Assembly (NCBI RefSeq): GCF_008831285.2
Contig: NC_045138.2
Location: 39,990,001 to 40,054,000, forward strand
Length of the DNA: 64,000 nt
Direction: 5' to 3'
Origin: Nymphaea colorata
Lineage: Eukaryota
The notes below the pieces were generated by a model. The model did not search any database. It was not told where the DNA came from and saw only the letters and a program-made list of their open reading frames with translations. Of the stretch, positions 31,735 through 44,583 are shown piece by piece (position 1 is the stretch's first letter; the number at the start of each line of letters is the position of its first letter). Position numbers and translations under genes: made by a program.

Positions 31735-34606
31735 AGGTGGAACGGGATGCCATACACGAGAAAGTAGGGTGACATAAGAGCCTTCCGACGGAGAAGGTCA
31801 CTAATTCTCCTGAGCATCTTATTATTTTTACACACACACACACTCTCTCTATATAGATATAGCTGTGTATCCGATCTTAGTGGGGGCCATGTCATCCGTT
31901 GCCTTCTGTCATTCCAAAAGAAAAGAAAGAGGCCATTGTGGTTTAACTACCGGATTAAAGACAAAAGTGATGACCGTTGCCAGCAATCATTTGTTTATGC
32001 ATGCTCCACTCGTTAATCAAAAATTTCAATGCCATTCACACAAACAAGAATCTCTCATTCCCTCTTGAATCATCTCCTTTTCCTTCTTCTCTTCTTCTTG
32101 GAAGCCTTATTAGTCTTCTACTAGTAGAGTCCACTTCAAAAAATTGTCCATTCTCGTGCTTGGAGTAATGACGCAGATTGGTGGTTGAAAACTATTTGCA
32201 GAGAGGGCACCCATTGATCCAACTCTCAATAGAAATCTGCTCTCTCCCCTTCTCTTTAAGTACCCACTAATCCATATCTCCTTCATCATCACCATCACAG
32301 TCATCTCTCTCGCTCTCTCCCTCTAAAAAGAAAGGAACAGAAAAGCATCTTAGTTGACCATCTAGTCACGCTTTGTTCGCCACCAGAAGATGTCAGACAC
32401 ATCCGAGGTTGAAGCACCAGCATGAGGAGAAAAAAGAAAAGGATTAAATAGTCGAGCACTGTCGTTATTATGTTTAGAAAGGCCATCCACCTGCCAAATC
32501 CTCAATTTAATTCTTCGACCTTCAATGACTTTATTTTAGGGCGATAAATACACGAGAGCTGCTCCTCATCTTGGCCCTTCCTCTTAAAGAGAAGTTTATC
32601 CTACTTAGTCAAATAATGTTGGTGGCACCCCAGCCATTTGCAAAAAAGCATTCGATGATACGGAATCACCTCAGCACTACCTAAGTAGGCCAGCAAATGA
32701 TTCTGACTATTCGCAGCATTCAAGAATATATATGTATGCTCATATTTGGAAACGGTTCAGCGCAACTAAACATTGCAGATCGAACACACCCAGATTGATT
32801 GATTTAAAACTAAGCCTCCAGATTCGTCAACTAAGTATATTAGAAATTGAGCTCTAAGCCTCTAATCGTATTTGGTACAGGAGAAAATGAAATTCCACGT
32901 TTAGAAGGTGTGCTACTGTTTTTGAAGAAGATCGAGTACTGAATGTTACCATTAACTTAACTGAAGCTTCCATTTTTTGAGAATCAGTTTCCTACTTCAC
33001 ACTACTTAGCAAACTCTCATCACCTACGCTAATGTCCTACAGATTGAGTTGTGTGCGCCGTTAGGTGAACTCAACCACAGTAAGAGCAGGGAGACATTTT
33101 GCTAATTTTTTAAAAAGGAATGTCCATTCTAGTATTTACAAAGCATTACCTACCAAAAGTAGGTAGATGAAAATCTCGCCGACGAAATGGAAAGATACAT
33201 TAAAGAAAATTGGGTGACAAGCTGTGGCGCGCCTAGTTTGACAAAGAACACAGAGAGAAAGACAGAACCTTTAAATTTGTGGTAAACATCACATGTAAAC
33301 GAGCAAAACATGATTGAACTCACAAAAATGAGCAAAACATGATTGAATCCACAAAAACGAGTGCTCCGAATTAAGGGTTGAAATAGTGAAAGAAGTTTAA
33401 AAGTGAGACCTCCAAATTCTGAGTGTTTTTGCCTTAAATGGTGTAGAGCAGGCGCAAGAGGTGCAGATCTGAGGAATTAAGTCCAAGCGGAGGCAAAAGT
33501 TCAGTAACTGAAGGTCATCTTGGTATTTGCATGAATTTATGCGTCGTAGTTCCTCTGTATTGTCCCTTATAATGCCCTTGTGCACTTGTATGATTTCACA
33601 ATAATCAAATCATCTCGGCCTCTCCTGATGGATGTAGCTAGGCATCCAGCCAAACCACATAAAAAATTTTTAATATGTTCGTCTATATATCAGATACATC
33701 GTACAGTTTTATGTCCAATCACATCTATGTCAAATTGACCTCAGTAAGATCTTGGGCGATTAGATCTTGGTTCCTCAACCCATTGGTTTTCCTTTTAACA
33801 ATAATGTCTTCCTTTTTTGTCAAAAAAAATATATTTAGAGCTGGCAGAATCCTAGCTTATAAACCAACCAGAAAACAAACACATCAACGAGTTCATGTGT
33901 AGCAATATTAGCGATGCAGCTAAAGAAGATGATAGGAATGACTTCCTTTCTCTAGGAAGTATATAGGCATTGGTCATTTAAACTGTGACGCCTCCTCTAA
34001 TCTAACAGCACGCCGCATGTGTATATGTATCGCTAACATTTTTTTTTGGGCAGAGTGAATATGGTGGTTTGGGAAATTACCTAGGCATGGCAACAGCTTT
34101 CACCTGAACATGGTAGGAAAAATGGCGTAACAGCAGACATAGAAGAAGCATATTAGACATTGAGATCCAAATACCTACCGAGGTGCACTGCCTTCTCACT
34201 TATTCTGCTTTCACCGAACCCTTAGATTTGTGCTTGCATACACAAGTTCCACCAGCAAGAGCTCCATCAATTCGGCCGGTGGTCAAAAAGTTTATTGAAA
34301 TTCGAGGTATGTATTGGCACGAGATAGTAGCTAACTTGCACCATAGAAATCGAACTGATGACAAGCCCTCCACCTGTCCATCAACTCCACCAGCTACGCT
34401 AAGTCCATTGCAGGAAGAAAGAAAGAGAGAGAGAAAGAGGGAGAGAGAGATGTGCAAGATGACTAGATAAATAGCTCTGTTATACATATATATATTAGAA
34501 CATTTTAGGAGACCCATGCTTCTCACAACCACGTCTATCAAATTCCCTTGAAACATCAACTAGACGGCCCTTGAGAATAGCTGTCAACTCCACCAATACT
34601 GCTATT

Positions 34607-34609
<3 letters not shown>

Positions 34610-34652
<43 letters not shown>
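34610..34652. repeat. (GA)n microsatellite
   Basis: Direct dinucleotide run. Confidence 0.95.
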
Positions 34653-34658
<6 letters not shown>

Positions 34659-35399
34659 TGATATATTCAAGGAAAAATGTAAACCAATTGTTGTGCAATG
34701 CACCAGCAATCATGCTTTTTTGTATGTCACCAACCAGAAGCATATCAATGTGTAATCACCCTCGAGAGCTGCCGATTCAGTAGGGCTGAGGTTAATAAAG
34801 CAAGGCCCTCTCTGTTGAGGCTGTAAGGTCACTATATGCACAGGTTTCCTCAATGGTACTTGCTGCGCTTCAGCTTAAAGTGAAGCAACTTTCAAGCTAA
34901 ATTTTTGTACAGCTCTTGGCTTCATGCTTTATGCATATGCCAGAATTTCTATTGGTTGGATGACCTAATAAAAAGCTGCCCATGACTCATCATGCCCAAG
35001 AAAATTTTGATGAAAAATCTTGTGCATAAAAAGCGCACATGGATAGGCCTTAGCTTGAGCATCATGAAAAGGAAAAAAGGTATAGCTTCATATATGTGCA
35101 GTGGGAGTTTGCCAATTCCGTCATAAGGCTTATGAACGTAAGCTACCACCTTATGAGGCTTATGGTCACAAGCATCATAAGCTTTATGACTGGATCCTGG
35201 CTAAAAAATCTTCTATGAGGCTATCACCTTCTCAACGTTTCTTTTGCTCAAGCTTTTCTTGACTGGATACAGCATTGTAGGCCTATAAACCCATGCACCA
35301 ATTGCAGGAGTCTCAAAGTAAGGATCAAGGATCTTCTAAGGTTATCTTATATAATAAACTTTTCGTTGATCCAATTATCAGTTTATGAACTGCAAAAAT

Positions 35400-38300
35400 G
35401 TATTTCACTGCCCACATGGACTTCAGATTCGTGTCTTGGGTGAACCCACTTTTCAAACATCCCACCTTGAAAAAGAATAAAAGGCGACATCACAAAATCA
35501 ATGTGGTGTCCCCTTGATCATGCGAAAAGATGACAAGAAAGCGTTATAAGTGAGATACGTACACGGGGGCATCACTTAGAACAGTGTGATTTCTTTCCCT
35601 TTTTGTGTCGGTGTATTGCTTTAAGGAAATGGCGAACAATATCTGCCACCGAAAATTCAGCTAAGGGAAAACACCTGCTGGGCCAACTTCAAAAGACAGA
35701 ATCAACGAAGAAAGGAGATCTTCAATTGAAAAAAGATGGCAGGTTTCAAATTAGATATAGCTAGACACCTACGCCACGCTATCATAATTAAGGAGGAGCA
35801 TCCTGTTTGAATCACATCCCCGGCTTGTCTACCAAAAGAAAACATGAAAATGATGGGCGGAAGTATTTCAGGTGGTCTGCCGATCTGTGTTTCTGAAACT
35901 CACGTTCTCACCTACTAATCCGCTTGGTGTCAAACTGCCACCATCATAGAAAGCAGAAAATAGTGAGATCTTCTATGCCTTTGTATTGGCCTTACCACTT
36001 GCTTTGAGACCTGAACATCGGGACCCAGAAAATTAAGGGCAAAGGAGAACTAACCTGCAGACGATCACGACTTTTATCATAACCTTAGAGCAGAATAGTC
36101 TTCCTTTTCTAGAAAGATTTTTTGTCCTTTATCTGCTCGTGATCCTATCTTCAGCAGATGTTCTGTTCATGTTGAAATGATGATTCATTACTTGCCGCGA
36201 TATCCATTATCCCGCTGTGCTGTATTTCCATATAATCTTTTATTCTTCCCCGTCTTTCTGACTTGAAGAACTGAAAATTTTTCTTTTCACCTGACCCCCT
36301 CACCGCCTATGATTTTCATATACCTCGCTGACAACTCCCTGCAGAAACTCATTGCTGGTAGTTGGTTCACTGAAATCAGACCATTCCGTTACCAGAGTCA
36401 ATTTCATCATCCTTTGATAATGTTCTGCCATTTTGAATAAAATTAGATGTTACCTTGAAAAACTACAGTTGCATTTGTATGTGCATAGCAGTATATGGGG
36501 GCTCGTGTTCCACTCAATTAGCTGGAGGATTATATTTACGATCTTCAAGTTGAAGGAGACAGAGAATTCAAGATTTAAACGGAGGATAGTTTTTAGTAGC
36601 TTAATCATGAAGGTGAAAACCAGCATCTGGTTAGTTTTGGTCGAAAGCGTCACATAATCATCAGATTTTCGAATAGCTAGAAAGATTTTAGGAGACGGGG
36701 ACATGTCACGGGTAAGTCAGGGTGTTGATTTGATAGATCTCTTCAACTACTCTCTGTAGTCACTGTTGTGGTGTATGGTCCAATGAGTGAGTTTTAGGCA
36801 AATTGATTGAGAGAAACAACATTCCTTTGCTGGAAATACTTAAAGGAATGTACGTTAACAGTAAACTCATGATTTTATGTGGAAAAGCCTCCCCTTCGAG
36901 ATGGGCAAAGATAAAAATAAATAGTAGATGCTCAAATTTATTTTGTTCCTTGACAGCCCATTTGGCAAATAAAACAGTTTGTAACTGTTTCATGAATTTA
37001 CCCCAAAGTTGGGTCAGATTCAGAGAACACTTTTTAAAGTGTTCCATCAATCTACCCAATTTTTTAGGCCATATTCATGCAATGCAACAGTTACATACTT
37101 GTTGCATTTGCCAAACTGACCCTAAGAACTTCATGAGAATGTACTCGCCTTTAAATCAGGAGCTCGGTTTGTTGAAACATATTCTCTTAAAAGTTATACA
37201 TTTCAATGAGAAGGTTAGGATACACATACTTCAGATTTGTGTGTGGTGTAGCTACCCATATTCAACAAATAAGATAAGCTCAACTGCCAAGAACTCGTGC
37301 TCAGATTCAATGCAAAGAAATTGACTGAATTACTTTAATTACCATGCATGCATGTCCATGTACTTCCCTGCATTAGTGTACAATAAACTTGAACTGATAT
37401 CAAATTCAAATTTCTTTGCCAATTCCAACAAGTTGAAGTCGGGTTCGCCTGTATAATATTCAGATAACTCTCAAGCCATTAGTATTCCTGCTTTGGGCAT
37501 CTTTGCTCCTGTTGTCATGCTTATCCATTGCAGGATGGTCCTCATGGTCATCTAAATAAAGGCCAACAACAAGATTGACATCAATTACGCATGAGCGTTG
37601 GCTAGCTAGTTGCACTTACTATTAGTGGCAGATAAGAACCAACATGCTCCACATTATCTTCAGGACCACCATATATACAACTTACTAATTTTACATTGTT
37701 CAGCACTATGTCAGGATTTGGATGTACTCTTTGATCATACTCGTCCTCGCTGGAAGCTGTCAAAGACAAGGCCCACCAGGATTATAATGAGATTTGCTTA
37801 TTCTGAGTTCCAATTTTTGATCTGGGTCTTCCAAATAGACCCTATAAAGCAAACCTTGATGGTATTCAGAACTTTATTATTGTAATGCTTCTTTACTTCA
37901 TTTCTGGATTGGGATAAACCCTTCCTACAGGATCATAGTTGGGTCTGAAAAACCCTGAGTTGGTCTAACCTTTCTTTCTTCAGGCCATCAATGATGAGAC
38001 CAACCTTGGATCTGGGTCAATGCCGATAAACGAGGTTAACTCAGTTATCTTCCAGGAGTTCAGATAACAGAATCATATGTGCCAAGACGTGGAAGGACCT
38101 CAAACGGCAAAGCTAGAAGTTTCACCAATTACATAGCATTCTATTGCAGTCTCAAGTACTTTCTTGAATTTTGGTGAATGTGCTAAAGCTATGTGGTTGT
38201 CCACCACAGGTCTACTAGCTCAGAGAAATCCAAATTGAACTTTCCAAGTGCTTGGACAAGGAATTTCAGGTTTAACGCCTTGACTTATATAAGGTTATGT

Positions 38301-40690
38301 CTGGATAGACCAGCGAGGGTCCACCACTTTCCTGTCTACTGTTGTTGAGAAGGGGATAGGGTGAAAGTTTAGATTGTAAATCATTATGAACATGCAGCTT
38401 CTTTGTCAACTTTCTTGGTGGATTTTGATTGCACTGGACACTTTTGGATCTCCCGGCCCGAGGTGGGATCTAAAGTGGGGCACACACTAGATCTTACCTT
38501 TAAGAAATGATCTCAGATTTTGGGGGATATATAAGTGCTCATATTGCATTCAGGATTTTTGCACCAATTGGATGAGCAGAGAGTGATGAGTTCATGGATC
38601 ATGGTCAGGACTGCGCGGACCAATTGATGTTGAAGAATGAGGGAGCTGGTTGTTGTTTGGGGTGAAAATGCCACAACCCAGAAGTAGCTGGTTCTTCTGG
38701 AAATACAGGAAAGCAGTGCCTTTGGTGGTTCAAGAATGGCTAGAAAAGTGAAGGAAATAAAGATCTTGATTATTGAATGTGAAATCCATTGCCTAGGATC
38801 TGAAAATTTCCTGGGGGGGGCAAAAAAAAAAAGGCAATTCTGCTGATCATCCATGACACACTGGTGTGTCAAAAAAGGAGTAAACAAAGAACTCACAGGA
38901 GAAGCATATCTTCATCGTTTGTTCTTATCCTGAGAGCCATCACTAGCCATTTTTTAACTGCCCATTATGATCAACATGAAGAAGCAGCAATTCACAAAAT
39001 TGGAAGTGCTTCGAACGTGGCCAATACTGAAGTCGTCTGCACTGGTGGCCCGGGGGCGCTATCCTCACCAGGGAATTTGACGGTATTGGGATGAAAAGGG
39101 ACTAAAAAGGATAGCTATTGTTGTGGTTTAAAGGGTGGCATTCTGATCTTTTCCCCGCAAAGGATAGAGCATTCATCTTTTTCTGGAATTAGAAAGATCA
39201 ACAATGAAAATAAAATAGAAAATGTTGCAAGTCCACATCAAAAGTTATTATTACAGAATGGGTAAAAGGCTTGCATCGAATTAGAATGATCAAACATTGA
39301 AAATAAAATAGAAAATGCTGCAAGTCCACATCATAAGTAATTTACAAAAACCATTTAAAGGCTTGTAGTACCGTTCTTTGATGGCAGTCATGGATATCCA
39401 TCTCTGCCGTGTCATGTCAATGGGCAGAGATTCTCAGCCACACATTTCACGTTCTTGTTCAAGAAATCATTGTTGACAATCCGAACAACTTTACTACTCT
39501 CTTTATTAAATGTTCATTCTTAAACATTTGATGAAGAAAAAGATCAAATTGAGCTTTTTTAATGTGGAATCTGGCCTCTCTCACACAGCTTGACGTGACA
39601 CGCAGTCTGATGCATTGCATTAAGCTGAACATGTGAAAGGCTAACCTGACAGTGGCAGCAAAAATTCAGTTCCTATATATTTAACAGTAGCTACCAACTC
39701 TTATGTACCAGAATGGATGGGAACCATATGAGCTGTCGATTTTAAAGAGATTAAATTGAAAAAATTAAAAACTAAGATATTTTTAAGAGATAGGAACTCC
39801 TTAAAAGATGACAATGGATGGAAATTGATTTGTTTCCTCCCATAAGTGGCATTTCTGTCTCCAAATGCAGCATAATTTTTATTTTCTCAACTTAATATCC
39901 ACCATCTCATCGTTTGAGCATTAGCAGTGGTTTATGGTGCAGCCATAAACTTATGGTATTTTCAATGCCAGATGTCAAACAATGCTAGACGGTTAGAAAG
40001 CTAAAAATAGCCACATCGGATCATTAAGGACAGTTTATGGTACAATAATGGTTTATGGCACTTTTAGCAACGGTTTATAGTGCTTTTGATGACAAGACTT
40101 TAATTTTTAACCTTCTGGCATAGAGGTGTCCCCATCCCCAATGAATTGAAATATATATATATATTGAAAAAATTGAAAATTTTTAGTTGCTTTATGTATT
40201 GTTTGGATTTGGGTTCAGTTTGGCTTTATCCGGATCTAAAGGTTGGACTAGCTCCGCCCCTCGATAGAGGGCACTTGTGATAGTACAAACTCCGAATCTG
40301 TCTATATGATTAATTTTCATCTGTTTCCCCTCTAGACCACTGACGTTTTGTAGCGCCAATGAAGAGCGGAATTCTTCTGATATTATAAATTTGATTGTGA
40401 ATTCATTATTTTTTTTGGCTGGTGAAGGGAATGAGGTATATTATTCTTGAAGCAGGCTCGGACATCGCCTCCTTTAGTTCATCATCTTGCCCTTATGTCA
40501 AAGTCACTTGAACCACCAAAGAGGCCATTTGTTCCCCAAACTTGGACTAAATCTTATTTTCTTCTTATACAGAAGCAGCAAACTTAAGAGTGCGACATCA
40601 AGTTGAAGGTGCACTGACTTTATCCCAGTCAAGGCAAATATGAGAAGCAGAGGAAACTCTTCTCTAGATCTCTTGTGCCCAAGTTTCATC
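35400..40690 (-). pseudogene. Probable decayed multi-exon gene relic, family not recognised
   Basis: Series of minus-strand segments bounded by pyrimidine-tract AG acceptors and GT donors, with protein-like translations broken by stops and frameshifts: DETWAQEI*RRVSSASHICLDWDKV (from 40689), ...VSCIYGGPEDNVEHVGSYLPLI|gtaagt (~37620), ELSEYYTGEPDFNLLELAKKFEFDISSSLLYTNAGKYMDMHAW|gtaatt (~37470-37343), EHYQRMMKLTLVTEWSDFSEPTTSNEFLQGVVSE|gtatat (~36425-36323). Boundaries are approximate. Confidence 0.4.
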
Positions 40691-41633
40691 TAGTTGAACG
40701 GAGAAGGGGAACAAACAGAAAGGAAAATGAAACTAAAGCAAAGTTATACCATCTTTTCTTAATCATAGCCATCTTGATTTTTCATATTGAACTGTCACAT
40801 TTAAGGAGGTACTTATCTTAGTAGAAGCTATATCTATGAACCGTTCAGATACATAGATCAGTTATATCAATAAAACGCCCTATGAGGTATATCATAGCCG
40901 ACATCTAGGCCCAACTGCAGATATTTCTTGCCATTCTGAAACTTATGTCGCCTTAGACTAACTACAACAGAGTTTGTATATGTAAATATGCCTGGACCCG
41001 GTATGCAACTGGGTCTTACCAATTACAGAACGACTTAAATCTCCTACTTGGAAAACCTGGATCACTTTCCTTCTCTATTAGGTCAAGCACCAGAACACCT
41101 CATGTATTGTGATTGTATCTGTTCAAAGTGCTTCTGAATGGAAAGGAAGAAATCACATCTAAAGCTGCATTGTGGAATTGGAATCCAACTATAATCTTTA
41201 ATGTAAAGGGTTTTGATACAACTCTGCTGGGAGCAAGGGCTTCCTAGCTACCTTTTATTATAAAATAATAAAGGGATTGCAGATAAGGGGGTCATTTATG
41301 TTTCACGAATCTGCTTGAATCTTTGAGGCAGAATCGACATTAACTACATTGGCTCTTAACGCCACAATTTAGTTAATTCTTGAGGGTGTTTTGATATGTG
41401 CAGTGCTACATAAATAGAGCAATCCTCGTGAGCTCAAGTTTTTATTCAAAAATTACTCGCGACAGGAAATGGGAGATTATCGTTTATTTGGGTATACATA
41501 TAATCAAACGGCGGATACACCATCGCACTCAAAAGAAATATATGGTAGATCAACTTTGAGACTCATCTTTAATCTGCAGTATACAATACCAAGAAATTCA
41601 AAGGCGAAAAAAATGGTCGGGGAATGGAAGAAC

Positions 41634-43199
41634 TCAGCAGTCGGTCTCCAATGGATACCGGCAGTACTTTACATCTTTCAGGCAAAGGAAAAACCTCTCA
41701 TAAGCAGAAGCCATCTTCCGAGCAGTAAACATGGAGAGCGCGTACTCCTTGCACGTCATCCCTTTTCCGGCCAGCTCCGCCGGCCCGTCCCAAATCGCCG
41801 CCTCCATGGCCTCCGTCAGCGACTTCACATTGGGAGCGAAAGTGTACCCAAACCCTTCGTTCAGCACGACGCTGCCGGTGATGCTGGGGAAATTGGTGGC
41901 CAGCAGCGGCTTCCCGCAGTGCATGGCTTCCATTAGCGTCAGGTCCAGCCCCTGCGGCCTCAGCGTCGGGTCGACGAACACGTCGAGCGCGTTGTAGAAC
42001 TCCGCCAGCCTGGACGGTTTCAGAGGCCCCAGAAGCTTGACGTTGGGCTTCAGCTCCCTGTAACGCTTCTCCCATGGTCCGGACCCAGCCACGAGCAAAT
42101 ACACATCTGGGTGGCGCTCTCTTATGGCGGAGAAGGCCCGGAAAAGCAGTGGGTGGCCTTTATCCCTGACCAACCTGCCGGACGCGCCCATCACCAGCCG
42201 AGCGTTGGTCGGCACCCCAAATTCCTGCCGGAATCTTGCTCCCATCTTCGGGTCGTGGTAGAAGTTCTCATGGTCGACGCCATTGAGGATGATGTGAACG
42301 TTCTCTCGGGGCAATTGGTATATGTTGGTGAGAATATCGCCGACGCTGTCGCTAATGGCGATGTGGTGCTTATAGGAGGTGAAGAACCTGATCTCTTCTA
42401 GAAGCTTTGGAAAGGCCCTGAGGATCCGTGCATCGGCGTCGGCGGACCGGCTCTCGCCGGGCCCCCGGATCAGGTCCTGGAAGAGGTCGGAGTGCAGGAT
42501 CTCGTAGGCGATGCCGTGCCAGGTCGCGGCGATGTTCGGCACCTCGCGGGCCAGAGAGGGCTTCAGCGCCACGCTCTCGGTGTGCAGTAGGTCGAAGGGA
42601 AGGCTCTTGTTCTCGTCGGCGAAGAGCTTCCAGGCCGCGCGGTCGTCGAACATGCCCCCGCCGTTCGACGCGAAGTGGACGTGGAGGTTGCCGTCGGAGA
42701 TGCGGTCGAGCCTCTGCGGAGCACGGTCGGACGGGGCGGTGAAGACGTGGACGGTATGGCCGGCGAGGGCGAGCGCCGTGTAGAGGCCGTGGGCGTGGCG
42801 CTCCATGCCGCCCGGCACGGCGCCCACGGGCCATTTCTTGGAGAAGGCGGCGAGGCGGAATCTCTCTTTCACGGGGCCGAAACAGAGCTTGTTCCAAGCG
42901 AAGTTGGCGAAGCGGAGGTCGCCGGTCCAGTTGCGGGCGCCTGGGGGGCTGGTGGCAGTGCGGGAGGAGGCGACGGCGGAGAGTGATGATGACGACGAGT
43001 AGATGGTGGTGGTGGTGTTTGTGTGGAGAAGGAGAAGGAATGCAAAGAGGAGGGAAGCGGGGAGGATGATGGTGCTCAAGAAGCAGATTGAAGTAGAGGC
43101 GGAGGTGGCGGTGGTGGTTGTGGCGGCGGCGGCGGCGGAGGTGGAGGAATGGAGCTTTCTTATTGTTGGAGCAGAGGGTTGCAGAGCCTTGGATCCCAT
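41634..43199 (-). CDS. Glycosyltransferase family 4 (GT-B fold) protein, intronless, 521 aa, with N-terminal membrane anchor
   Basis: Single long ORF. TM segment IILPASLLFAFLLLL; motifs PGGMERHA, TWHGIAYE, ILNGVD, GRLVRDKG, PQGLDLTLMEAMHCGKP (EX7E-like). Confidence 0.93.
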   Translation of the reverse strand: MGSKALQPSAPTIRKLHSSTSAAAAATTTTATSASTSICFLSTIILPASLLFAFLLLLHTNTTTTIYSSSSSLSAVASSRTATSPPGARNWTGDLRFANFAWNKLCFGPVKERFRLAAFSKKWPVGAVPGGMERHAHGLYTALALAGHTVHVFTAPSDRAPQRLDRISDGNLHVHFASNGGGMFDDRAAWKLFADENKSLPFDLLHTESVALKPSLAREVPNIAATWHGIAYEILHSDLFQDLIRGPGESRSADADARILRAFPKLLEEIRFFTSYKHHIAISDSVGDILTNIYQLPRENVHIILNGVDHENFYHDPKMGARFRQEFGVPTNARLVMGASGRLVRDKGHPLLFRAFSAIRERHPDVYLLVAGSGPWEKRYRELKPNVKLLGPLKPSRLAEFYNALDVFVDPTLRPQGLDLTLMEAMHCGKPLLATNFPSITGSVVLNEGFGYTFAPNVKSLTEAMEAAIWDGPAELAGKGMTCKEYALSMFTARKMASAYERFFLCLKDVKYCRYPLETDC

Positions 43200-44255
43200 C
43201 GTGAGCTCACGTCTGGGAAGTGTGGGAAGCGAGGCAAAGCTTCAACTTCGATGCAGCTCTAGTTCATAAGCGGCTGCCATTGTAATCTCAGAGAGAGTCG
43301 TGAGAGCGACGTGCGAGTTCCTTATTTGCTTTCGTCCTTACGAGTTCCATTTCTGTTTTTCAATGAAAATTTTTGGCAGAGATCCGCCATTTTTAATTAG
43401 ATTTGACTTCCTAGTTCTCTTTTTTGGATGTACGTTGCCACTAAATATATCCATTTTTGCATTGACAGACTCCATGGAAGTAAATGAGTTTTATTATGGA
43501 GTTTTTCCATGATAGCGTCTGACCTCTTTCATCGAAATAAAGAGCGTCTGCCTGATCGGTTATTTTTACAAACTCTTTTTTCTTATTAGGCTTTTTAAAC
43601 AGGTCCATTCTCCTATTATTACTGTGTGTATACTTCAACGGAAGTAAGTTCTCCAAATTTCGCATTTTAGACGTTGTTTGATGGCAGATAAAAAAATTAG
43701 TTTAACCTTTTTATTGGGTAAAATTATTTTAATTTATCTATTTTAACAAGGTAATTTTTATTGTGTTTGATTTGAAAGTAAATAGCTGTACAAGAACGGC
43801 AAGTTTTCCATCAAACGGGAAAAAAAAAAGGCAAGATGCTGAAGAAGGCCGACCAACAAAAATGTGGATTGTGGATGACTCTCTATTTAAAGGTACTTTA
43901 GATCAATGGTCAGATGGTCATCTTATAATATTTTTCATTAGCAAACATGCGCTTGTGAATTATTTTATAAACTTAAGTAGCTAATGCTAAGTAGTTCTTA
44001 GTAGATACACTAAAAATAGTCGGGAGATCATCTTAAATTTCTCTTGCTTTTAACGTGAAGATAAGATTTTACAAGTTATAAAATATTTTATTGCTGACCT
44101 TTTGGCATTTATAAAAAATATTATATTGCTTTGCAGTATTCCAACATATTGATGGTTTTTTTTTGTAGGACATCAAGGCATGCTTTTAATGTTTTGTTTT
44201 CAAATCCACCTTCATATTTTTACTTAACACAAATTCATTAAGGACAGCACCCATT

Positions 44256-44583
44256 TAGGAATGTCAACTGATCGGATTCAAATAAGACATATCCTTAACA
44301 ATATCTAATTTGGATAGGATTCAGATTTAGATACAAAGAAAGAAAAGTCATATCTAAATCTGAATCCAAAATTCGATTTCACAATCCAAATCCGATTTTT
44401 ATTTCATGCCCCAATTTTGAACTGAATCTGGTTGATTTTTAAAATATAAGAGTATTGAATATAATGCATTTATTTAAAACTAAATCTGATCCAAATCTGA
44501 TAAGATGTCTTCCTTAAAACCGAATCTGATCTGAGATATAAAAATTTTCTTATTCCATCAAAATCATTTATATTGACATCTCA
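44256..44583. mobile_element. hAT-like MITE, degenerate
   Basis: Ends TAGGAATGTCAA ... TTGACATCTCA are imperfectly inverted; internal ATCCGA/ATCTGA/GGATT repeats as in the element at 10276. TSD not evident. Confidence 0.45.

Noticed and set aside
33000..33800. Possible solo LTR (GGATGTAGC...AACCACATAAA motif, ends TAACA, 29 bp internal tandem at ~33301-33360)
   Set aside because: No left TG end with a matching 5 bp TSD found; needs a repeat-library search
41698..43269. Many overlapping alternative-frame and antisense ORFs in the GT4 gene (also 51121-52539)
   Set aside because: Explained by high GC and stop-codon scarcity; they recur in both paralogs only because the genes are homologous
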